A DNA stretch of 62,036 nt, counting the filler, from Vannella sp. (Eukaryota): NCBI GenBank assembly GCA_023345925.1. It is 7 parts of 7 records of this genome, joined end to end, with 100 filler letters (N's around TTAATTAATTAA, not from the genome) between each part and the next. Parts side by side here need not be neighbours in the genome. Positions count along the whole stretch, not along the records: positions 45,432 to 55,545 come from JAJQQN010000789.1; positions 55,646 to 62,036 come from JAJQQN010001212.1; 5 more parts are not named here. The stretch is one strand, 5' to 3'. The notes under the pieces are model-generated. The model did no database searches and was not told the DNA's origin. It saw only the letters and a list, made by a program, of their open reading frames with translations. The position numbers were made by a program, and so were the translations under genes. Positions 53,372-62,036 of this stretch are shown here, one piece after another; the stretch's first letter is position 1, and the number at the start of each line of letters is the position of its first letter.

Positions 53372-55298
53372 TGATGGATGTCCAACTCCCGCCAGCTTCT
53401 CCTTTGGGGACCTTCTTCTCGTGGCTGCTGCAGACGAAGCCATTGATCTACCCGAATAAGAGGAAGGCGGTGGTGTGTCTTCTGTTCTTGTGCACTTTCT
53501 CGCTCTTGTCACAGTCGAGTACGAGGATGGGGCGCTTCTTCTTGCTGGTGTTGATGATTGGGGGGCTCTAGTTAGGTGGTCCATACCTTCTCTTCAGGTT
53601 GCCGGTATGCAGTGTTCTTCTTGTGGTGCTCTGGACCAAGAGGATACAGCCAACTGTTTGGAACACTGCCTGGATCTTTCAGACATCCAAATGGGAGTTC
53701 TCTCTGGCCCTTCCTTCACGTAGGTACCCCTTACAGTGATCGACTTGTTGATCTGATCAATATAGAATCCCAATGGCCCTCGCAGCCCTCCCAGCAGGCT
53801 TCCTTGCTGACAAAATGTCCCGCGTTCGTCTCATTTGGATGGTCTCCTTGGCGTGGTCGTTGGCTACCCTTGCTATTGCTGTCTCTGATGGGTTTACTGA
53901 GCTCTTAATCACGTGTGTCATGATTGGAATCTCCATTGCAGTGGTGAACCCGTGCGCCTTCTCGCTCCTCTCTGATTACTTCCCTCCAGAGCACCGTGCG
54001 CTTGTCATCTCTGCGTTTAGCGCTGTCATATTCGTGGGGTATGATGCAGGACTAGCCACTGGTGTTCTGGGACAGTATCTCACATGGAGATGGGCCTATG
54101 CCCTTCTGGGATTGCCTGGACTTCTCTTCTTCCTTCCTGCTCTTCTAGTCCGCGAACCTACCCGAGGACTTAGCGAGCAGAACGATGAATACGCTTTCCA
54201 GGTGCGCGGGAGGCAAATGCTGGATACCATTGTGTACTGATGTGGAGCAGCCACTCACCGACCAGTTCCTTCATGGGCCTGAGGACGACGGGGAGAACCT
54301 TGCGATGCGCCAGTTCTCTCTCGTACAAAGTCTTCAAAAGATTCTGAGCTCTCTTCCCTTCTTGCTGTGAGTGAATGTCCCTTTCATGAGACACTCTCTG
54401 ACTGCCTGGCAAGTATTTGGATGAGTGCAACTCTTCGACTTCTTGCAGGATTCGCTGTTGGGGGTTGGCTTCCTGTTTTCTATCGCCGAGTTCATGGCAT
54501 GGAACCTTGGGAGATCTCGATTTACCTTTCTGTGGCCCTCACAATAGGTCAGTCACTCCTTCATCATGCGGCATTGCGCTCACTTATTTAGGCGGCCTTA
54601 GTGGCTCGTATACTGGCGGTTTTGTTGCCGACCGTTGGTACAGGGTGAGCTTTGAACTCGCTTGATATACTATTTGGAGAACTCAGCTCAGGTGCTTCAG
54701 AGATCCAAAGGAGGGAAGGTTTGGACTGTATTGGTGTCCACAATCGCTTCAATTCCATTCATGGCGGGAACACTTCTCTGCTCTAATGTTTATGTTTCTG
54801 TTGGATGCCTTTTGGTTTCGTCCTTCTTTGGCGAAATGTGGTTCGGGGCCTCTGCAGCTGCAGTTCAAGTGAGTTGCACCCATTCATCAAAAGAAACTGA
54901 CTCGCCCTACAGGACATTATTATTCCACAACTTCGTTCATTCGCCACCTCCATTTATCTGTCCGGAATTGGAATAGGTGGTCTTTCGACGGTTTTGGTGA
55001 GAATCTCCACACTTGGAAGAGAACTCTCTAACTTGGGAAGGTGGGAGCATTGAACGAGTTGATGGCCAATGAAGCACCATTCAGTTCTTCTGGGGGAACA
55101 GCGTATGATCCTACCTACCCAATGCTTATCGTAATCGTCTCCGGATATGCGTTGTCTTGCGTTGGCTACACCCTCACCGGGTTACTGCTTGTGTCTCAAA
55201 AGAATGAAAACCCATACATGGATGATAGCGAATCACTCAGCCACACACTTCGCGTCGAAGACTCCATCTGGAACTCGAACTATGACGACAGAAATTGA
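53372..55298 (+). CDS. MFS transporter, Spinster-like; about 8 introns
   Basis: MFS motif A GFLADKMSR; SLLSDYFPPEHRA; WRWAY..REPTRG; GGFVADRW. Confidence 0.85.
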
Positions 55299-55466
55299 CC
55301 CAAACGCACTCTTCCCAAATAAGATAAACCCTGAAATGGGAGAAAAGTCACGAGCAGGCGATGAGGGCATTGCCCCTCGTTTGGGTCCTTTGGATGAGCT
55401 CAACCCAACTCAAAAAATGAAATCAGCGCAAAAGCTTATCCTTCGGCCATTTCCTGTTGGGGTGAA

Positions 55467-55545
55467 ATGGGGCGCGTGGCCAAGTACAAGAAGGTCAAGA
55501 AGTTTGACCTTCACGATCAGAAGATTGATGACGCTGTGAACAAGC
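55467..55545 (+). CDS. N-terminal fragment of a basic protein cut by the contig end (MGRVAKYKKVKKFD...)
   Basis: ATG-initiated open frame runs into the linker. Confidence 0.4.
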
Positions 55546-55645
55546 NNNNNNNNNNNNNNNNNNNNNNNNNNNNNNNNNNNNNNNNNNNNTTAATTAATTA
55601 ANNNNNNNNNNNNNNNNNNNNNNNNNNNNNNNNNNNNNNNNNNNN
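55546..55645. other. Artificial contig linker
   Basis: N44-TTAATTAATTAA-N44. Confidence 0.98.
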
Positions 55646-56444
55646 AAAACGCTGCCCTCAAAGCGAGCAGTAGGGACACTGGATCTCGTTGGTACCGGCG
55701 TTGCTCTCCACCAGAAGGTATCGCGTGCGCAAGGTCATCAGGGGTGTCCATCATGTTGGCGTGGGCCTCAAGGAATGGACTCAAAGGGGTCTTCCTGGGC
55801 ACTAGAAAGGTCAAAAGCTAACGAGGCCATCCTCACGATGTTTTATCAAAATCACGCATTTTTCGTTCAAAATCGTCTAAAATTGCAAAATTCTAGAGAA
55901 ATTCTCGAATTTTGACGAATTTTTCGAGAATTCTCCTGATTTCACACAACTTCGCAAAATTTCGCAAAATTTCGATCGTTTCACCTTTTCCTGGGAATAT
56001 CTCGGGAACAAGTTTTCGCAGGATAAGAGATCTGAACCTAAAATTTCACAGGAAGTCTCTTTTGATGTCCTCTTCGCTGGCAGTCGTTCAAGTCAGTCCG
56101 TTCCCTTCGATTTGCCATGGGGAAAGAGGAAGCGTCGATTGCCTGCTACAAGAAAAGAAGCTTCCCCAGAGTGGTTCAAAGGTAAGGAGCACAGGGCCGG
56201 CTGCGTTATGATCCCTTCACGTGTCCCGCACGGTTTGTAGCGCCAACTAGTACATTCATAAATAGGCAACATGTCTCCCTTTGTCCCCTCGCATCGTTGA
56301 TCCACAACGAACTGAAGGAAGCCCCTCTCGCAACTAAGCGCTGGATCCTTCAAACCAACTCCTCCTCCAGGTCACTGGAAGTACCAGGTGGGGTTTGCCA
56401 TTAAGGAACAACGAAAAGGTCATTAATTCGTGGGATTGGGGATC

Positions 56445-58057
56445 ATGGAGTGCGAGTACGAGAGGTTCGACCTTCTCCCCGCCACTGGTTCGGAGGGGAC
56501 GTATCGATTCGTAGTCAAGATGACGACTGAGCTGATGGAGAAGTTCCATGCGAATCCACATCAGATCTCCTTCCGTTTGGAAGAGAAAGCGGGCGTGCGT
56601 ATCCTTCTTCAGGGCGGCGAAGGGAAACTTTCTTACTTGTTGCTCCACAGTTCTTTACAGGGCCTGGTTACGAACAAGAGGCGTCCATTACTAACTGTTC
56701 TGAAGTGAACATGCCCTACGAGTGTCTGGTTAAAGAGGGGAACGCCTTCCAAGAGGTCGGGGAGATCTTTAAGAAGATCACCGTCCTCCCAGACGCTCGC
56801 TGCGACACTGTACGCAACCAACTATCAAGTATCAGCGAGAATGAGCGCAAAGAGAAGGAGCAGCGCAAAACGGAAACTCGCAAGCGCCCAGGACAACCTC
56901 TCGCCAAGGAGCCCCCACGCAAGAGGGCAGCTATGGCTACCACTACTTCTCTCACTCAGGTTGTGCCTCAGCCAATCCAGCACATGTCCGAGGCGGAGCT
57001 TCGCATTCGCATCATCAAGATCCTGGCTCAGAAGCAGACCAGCCTCCCGGATGTCTACAAGGATCTCCAGGGTGTCCCTTCACCTCTCATACTGAAGGGA
57101 TTGTCTGCAGTAAGGATGGAAGCTGCGGGGGAGAGGAGAGACTAAACGGCAAGCAGGTTGGGATACCACAAGGGAGTATCTGGCGGCTAGCAGTGAACAA
57201 ACTCACAGAAGAGGACCTCTCTAGTGATAGGCTTGATGAAAAGGACTCAGATAACATCGCCAGGTGCCGAAAGGAGGACTCCCAGAAGCAGAAGCCTACT
57301 CCTGCCACCCAATACGCCCAGAAACAGCCTGTGGGAGCCTCAGCAGCTCCTCCCAAAGCTTCTTCAACAAAGTCAAGTCGACGATCGGACAGCCGTGCAG
57401 AGGGAGAGCCACAACAGAGTAAACCCAAACGCAAAAGCAGCCTCAAGGGATCGGGAGGCTCTGACACAGGCTTCATTCCTCCTTATAGCCCAGAGACGAA
57501 GATGAAGCGCTCTCAGGAACCAAAGAAAGCATCCGAGCCTCTCCCAGCTCCCCGCATTCGCCCAACAAAGGAAGAGGGACCGGCACAGAGGGAGGCAGAA
57601 CTTCGGGAGGCGCTCAGTAAGCTATAACGCTCCTCTATAGAAGACGTCTCACCCATGTACTCCAGAGAGCGTTATCCAACTCTACGAAACCAAAAAGAAA
57701 GAGTTTGAGGCGGACTACCCCACCTACGAGCGCTACTTTGCGTACCTCCAAGAAAGCAACAAACAGGTCAAGAGCTTGGGTCAAAAATGGGAGTCTGCCA
57801 GTGATCCCAAGGAGAGGGAAGCTTTGGAACAACAAATCAAACTTTTCAGCAAAGAGAAGAAGCTTGTACGTTTCCCCGAGTGTATTCTTGATGGCAGAGT
57901 ACTTATAGGATGATAGGAAGTACAATCCGCCGACCACAAATGCTCCCAGCTCGCGCAGAAGCTGAATGCACTTCGAAGTGAATTGGAGAATCTCTCGAAG
58001 CAGATTCGGGAGAATCATCGGCAACTCTCCTTGATACAGCGCCCTGCTTATAAGTAG
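56445..58057 (+). CDS. ELL: RNA polymerase II elongation factor ELL-like (winged helix + Occludin/ELL domain); multi-exon
   Basis: N-terminal FVVKMTTELM; WH-like LRIRIIKILAQK; C-terminal KKEFEADYPTYERY...CSQLAQKLNALR. Confidence 0.68.
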
Positions 58058-58098
58058 CTGTGATGCCAACTGTAAATAGTCTCTTCTGTCATTGTCAG

Positions 58099-59325
58099 AT
58101 GGCTCCAGGGTGGGCTGTGGGCGGAGTCCTCCTTTTTGTGAGCTTGATTGGGTACGTCTGGTTGCAGGAGAGCACGTTGGTCGTGGAATCTGTTGTGTTC
58201 CAATCAAAAGAACAGATTTGGAGGGAGATACAACGGCGCCAAGTGCCCTTTCTCATCGAATATGAAGGGGCGCGCTCTTCTCCTTCTCTTCAGTGGAGCC
58301 AGGAGCGATTAGAGCGCGCCTTGGAGGGAGATGAAAGAGGATGGATGTTTAGGAACTGCAAAAATGGGTCCTCTCCTCTCTTTACCCTCCGCAACGACGC
58401 CAAAGGACCAAACCAACTCTCCAAATCTTCATATTTCCTGCAAGACACTCCAGCAGCGGAGCTTTTCCATGGCATTTGGGGCCTTACGTTACGTTATCTC
58501 TACCACTCTGGTCCCCTATCGGACTGGCCAAAGCAGCTACAAGAGGAACTGCCCAAGGGACTGGAGCAGTTCCATTTTCATAGCACCGATCTCCCAGACT
58601 CCCTTGGACCAGGCAAACAGAAGTATCAGTCCGTTAGCTCCATGTGGATTGGGTCTCCAGGGGTCATTGCCAACTGCCACTACGACAAATCACACAATGT
58701 CTTCCTCCAAGTGCTTGGGGAGAAGAGATGGACTCTCTATCCCCCTTCTGATGCTCTGAACTTCTACCTCTATCCTCCTTTTCACCCTTCCTATCACCAA
58801 GGGAGGATAGGAGACATTCACAGGGTTGATAGTCTCAAGTTCCCTCTATTTGACCGTTGTTCTCGTCCTTACAGCGTCCTTCTGCATCCAGGTGATGTGC
58901 TTTACATTCCTCGTAAGTTCTTGATGTCAAAGAACTCATTCAACTGACTCCAATCAGCTTATTGGCTTCACCAAGTGGATGCCCTCGGTCACCCTTCGGT
59001 CTCTCTGAGCATTGTGACTCCCTCTCGACTTGAGTACGACGTTTCACAAGTACACTGGTCTTCCAAAGCCCTGTTCGCTCCCCTTAGAGCTCCAAAGAGG
59101 GAGCAAATGCTTCTTTCCCTCATCAATCTCTTCCACCCCGCTGAACCATGGCTGCATCGCCTGCTCCACACTAGAGCACCACATCTGCACTTCCCTGATA
59201 TCCATTCTATGCCTCTCCTTACCGCCCCTCTCCAGCAGCTCTCACAATCCCTTCTCTCTCTTCCTCCTTCCGTCCAACAGCTCGTCCTTGAGGACATCGT
59301 ACTAGACACACTCAAGGACACTTAG
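58099..59325 (+). CDS. JmjC (Cupin_8) 2-oxoglutarate hydroxylase with N-terminal signal/anchor; 1 intron
   Basis: MWIG..HYDKSHN..QVLGEKRWTLYPP..LHPGDVLYIPPYWLHQV (HxD...H triad). Confidence 0.9.
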
Positions 59326-59453
59326 CTATCACTCAACGGGTGCTCCCCTCCTTGAACAAGAGCCAATGTTAACTCAATATTGTCTGAAGTTGGTCTCCTT
59401 CGTTTCGGAGGCTAAGGGACACGTGATTGATCAGCTTGCATACGATCTCTCTT

Positions 59454-60098
59454 CTACTGAATGGACAGCAGCTCAATGTCGAAGGTGAGGGTGGCGTTGG
59501 GGGGGATGGTGGGAGGACTGCCCTTCGCTCCATAAGCCCATTCAGGCTCGATGACCACTCGTGCTAGCTCACCCAAAGACATCTCCAGGACTGCTTCATC
59601 CCAGCCACGAATGACTTTGCCCACACCGAGGGTGAAGGTTAAAGGTTTGCCCTTCTTGGTGGTGTTCGTGTCGAAGATCATTCCGTCGTCCAGCATGCCA
59701 GAGTAGTAGACACGTACGCTCGATCCCTTCTTTGGAAAGTTCATCTTGTCGCCTTGCCTCTTGATCTGTCTGGTAAAGCGCTTCCGCTCCTTGGGCGCCG
59801 CAGTTTCCTCTACAACAGCTCCCTTGCTGGCTGTCTCCTTCTCCTGCTGTTCTATGAGCTTGGTAGCAGCGAACTGGGCCTCCTTCAAGTCATCTTCTTC
59901 CGTACGGAAGTCGCCTGTGGCGAACAAGTCGTGATACGCCGCGTCGAGTTCAGGCTTCTTCCTGGTCTTAGCGATACTCGCCACTTTACCCTTCAATCGA
60001 TGCCTCAAGATGAACGCAGTGTTCCCTTGCGCTTGCAGAAGCTCGATCAAGTCCTTCTTCGTTGCTGCCTCCAACACCGCATCCGACCACTTTTCCAT
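59454..60098 (-). CDS. FKBP3: FKBP25/FKBP3 peptidyl-prolyl isomerase (basic helical bundle + FKBP)
   Basis: KKDLIELLQ..F..H.LKG..IAKT.KK..L..AY..LF; GDKMNFPKKG, GKVIRGWDEA, IEPEWAYG. Confidence 0.92.
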   Translation of the reverse strand: MEKWSDAVLEAATKKDLIELLQAQGNTAFILRHRLKGKVASIAKTRKKPELDAAYHDLFATGDFRTEEDDLKEAQFAATKLIEQQEKETASKGAVVEETAAPKERKRFTRQIKRQGDKMNFPKKGSSVRVYYSGMLDDGMIFDTNTTKKGKPLTFTLGVGKVIRGWDEAVLEMSLGELARVVIEPEWAYGAKGSPPTIPPNATLTFDIELLSIQ

Positions 60099-60372
60099 CT
60101 GAACCAAACAGAGTTCACGAAAGAATGGAACTTCCTTAGGACGAATGAGCTCTTCCCCTGCTCCATGGACTTGGTGATTCTCTCCATGGACTTGGTCCGT
60201 GCTCGATCACACCTCCCCCAGGTCAAGTCCAGGTCCAGGGTGAGTTAGAACGCTCAGAATCGATCCAGAATGGTGGACTTCTGGCATCGTAAGATGGATA
60301 AAGGTTTAGATGGAAGACTGGACGCCTGAAACACCGTCCGCGGTGGACTTGAGTTAGTGAATGGAAGATCGT

Positions 60373-61527
60373 CTATATTGAGGCGCAGAAGTAGGGGGAA
60401 TAGCATCTGTGAGACAGAGAGGGACCATCTGTATCGTACTGATCCTTGGAGATCCATTTCTCCTGGAAGGTCGAGAGCGAGGCGAGAATGCTTCCTCCTA
60501 TCCAGGCAGAGTACTTGCGTTCTGGTGGTGCCACGACGTGGACTTTCGTTGTAATAGGAGTCAACTCATCGAGCTCCTTGTACAGTCTCTCTGGAAAGCC
60601 TGGGAACATGGTAGATCCGCCACAGAGGAGAACATTGTGGAACAAATGGTTCCGCACATCAATGGCACAGCTCATGATGGCATTGTAGATCAAAAGATGG
60701 ATCCCTCCCGCTTCCTTGGCTATCAGAGAAGGCCTGAAAAGAACTTCCGGACAGAGAAAGCGCTCCTCGTTCAAGGTAATCACCTTCCCATCAGGAAGTT
60801 CGTACTCCCGTGCACTTGCAGAGGAACACGTCGACTCTGACAGCTCTTGGTCAAAGTCTAAGGCCACAAAGCACAGTTTCTCTTTGATCTCTCGTACGAT
60901 CTCCCACTCTGCTGTGGTGGTGAAGGCGTAGCCTTGAGCCCGGAGGATCTTGGCCAAGTAATCCGTCACATCCCGCCCCGCCAGGTCCAATCGAGCGACT
61001 CCGTGTGGTAGGGCAAAGCCATCGGTGATGGGGATGACGTGGGAGACCCCTTCTCCTGAGTCTATGACCATGGCGGTGTTGCGCCCTGATGCGTAGGCGG
61101 CCAGGATGGAGGAAGTGGCTATGTAGACGGCTGGGACCTTGAAGACTTCGAACATAATCGTCATCATCTTCTCTCGATTGGCTTTGGGCTGAAGGATGGG
61201 CTCTGTAAGGAGAACGGGATGCTCCTCGGGGGAGATGCGGAGCTCGTTGTAGAAGATGTGGTGCCAGAGCTTCTCCATAGCTTCCCAGTCACGAATGATT
61301 CCGCGGGTTATCGGATACTGCAAAGCCAAGGCGAACCGCTGGACGGACGCCTCCTCCCCGTATCGGGTTCTCTCACCCGCCCCAATCATCACAGGCTCGT
61401 GCAAAGGCCGACCTACAAGGGTAGGTAGGACAACTCTTGGTGCATCTTCACCTGCAAACCCCCCTTTCGTGACGCCACTGCCACAGTCCAACACCAGAGG
61501 CAGAGCAGTCTGGTCCGTACAGCTCAT
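60373..61527 (-). CDS. Divergent actin / actin-like protein; intronless
   Basis: [71 protein letters not shown]. Confidence 0.95.
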   Translation of the reverse strand: MSCTDQTALPLVLDCGSGVTKGGFAGEDAPRVVLPTLVGRPLHEPVMIGAGERTRYGEEASVQRFALALQYPITRGIIRDWEAMEKLWHHIFYNELRISPEEHPVLLTEPILQPKANREKMMTIMFEVFKVPAVYIATSSILAAYASGRNTAMVIDSGEGVSHVIPITDGFALPHGVARLDLAGRDVTDYLAKILRAQGYAFTTTAEWEIVREIKEKLCFVALDFDQELSESTCSSASAREYELPDGKVITLNEERFLCPEVLFRPSLIAKEAGGIHLLIYNAIMSCAIDVRNHLFHNVLLCGGSTMFPGFPERLYKELDELTPITTKVHVVAPPERKYSAWIGGSILASLSTFQEKWISKDQYDTDGPSLSHRCYSPYFCASI

Positions 61528-62036
61528 CGAAGAGGGAACCCAATAAATGAGCAGAACGCATCAAAGTGGCGGATAAATACCTTTTTCACTAAACATCAGA
61601 CGGGAGCCAAATATGGAATGTGGGAGCGTTCTCCCCATGCGTTATCTCCCGTCATGGGTGCTGCGTACTGCGAAATGGGCAGATTAGATGGCATCATCAA
61701 TCTGACTGTTGACGCTCGTATGACCAATCTGGGTGACATTCAGTCAATAGGTGCCGGGCTGTGAGCCCCCACGGACAAGTTCCTCCTTTCTTGGTGGCAG
61801 CACTTTCGAAATCTGCTGTAGTCCACGAAACTTTATCCTTATGCCACTTTCTTCCTTAGGAATGAGCCAGTTATCTTTTTTGAAATCTCTGGACCCATAA
61901 ACGAACTCGAAAGTCTCATTTCTTTTCCTGCATGTTTTTGCGCGCTTGTCTGGACTCTCGAAGAGTCCTATTGAGCGGCCCGTTCCAGCATTCAGTCATG
62001 CAGACAGGAGGTTTCCATCGCACAAATCTTCAGTGT

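Noticed and set aside
60161..60196. 15-bp direct repeat CTCCATGGACTTGGT as a target-site duplication
   Set aside because: Only about 6 nt lie between the copies and no element is present; likely local slippage.
61600..62036. Possible minus-strand exons at the window end
   Set aside because: A short open frame exists but has no recognisable motif and is cut by the window edge, so it is not supportable.
1..62036. Giant-virus or endogenous viral origin of the intronless repeat-protein genes
   Set aside because: No viral hallmark genes (capsid, packaging ATPase, polB, integrase) were seen, and the neighbours are intron-containing eukaryotic housekeeping genes.

Overview
Gene-dense eukaryotic microbial DNA in the standard genetic code, with short spliceosomal introns (mostly about 40-70 nt, CTRAC-type branch points). 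It is not one locus: seven unrelated contigs are joined by six artificial 100-nt linkers (44 N + TTAATTAATTAA + 44 N). The gene content (RasG-like Ras, GH25 lysozyme, GRAM-cNMP module, SepA/Cdc15-like kinase, several mitochondrial proteins) suggests an aerobic phagotrophic protist, probably an amoebozoan; this is an inference. Housekeeping genes include DIS3, mL38, NFU1, a Siz/PIAS ligase, SUV3, RPIA, MMAB, DGK, VPS51, LYRM1, cystinosin, a Spinster-like MFS, ELL, a JmjC protein, FKBP3 and tRNA-Cys. The most notable items are: (1) an intronless 4xCCCH-KH-Macro-WWE protein resembling a ZAP/PARP14-type antiviral ADP-ribosylation factor, cut by a contig end; (2) an SH3-like/PH/permuted-papain-like/tectonin/Vps62 multidomain protein; (3) a Ras that carries G12V-, T58I- and K117R-equivalent residues with a rewritten switch I; (4) a divergent actin lacking Q137 and H73 with a CaaX-like tail; (5) a birth-and-death ankyrin gene cluster whose C-terminal KKSA(Y/R) tail is shared with an unrelated RCC1 protein. 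All domain calls are by-eye motif recognition, not database searches.
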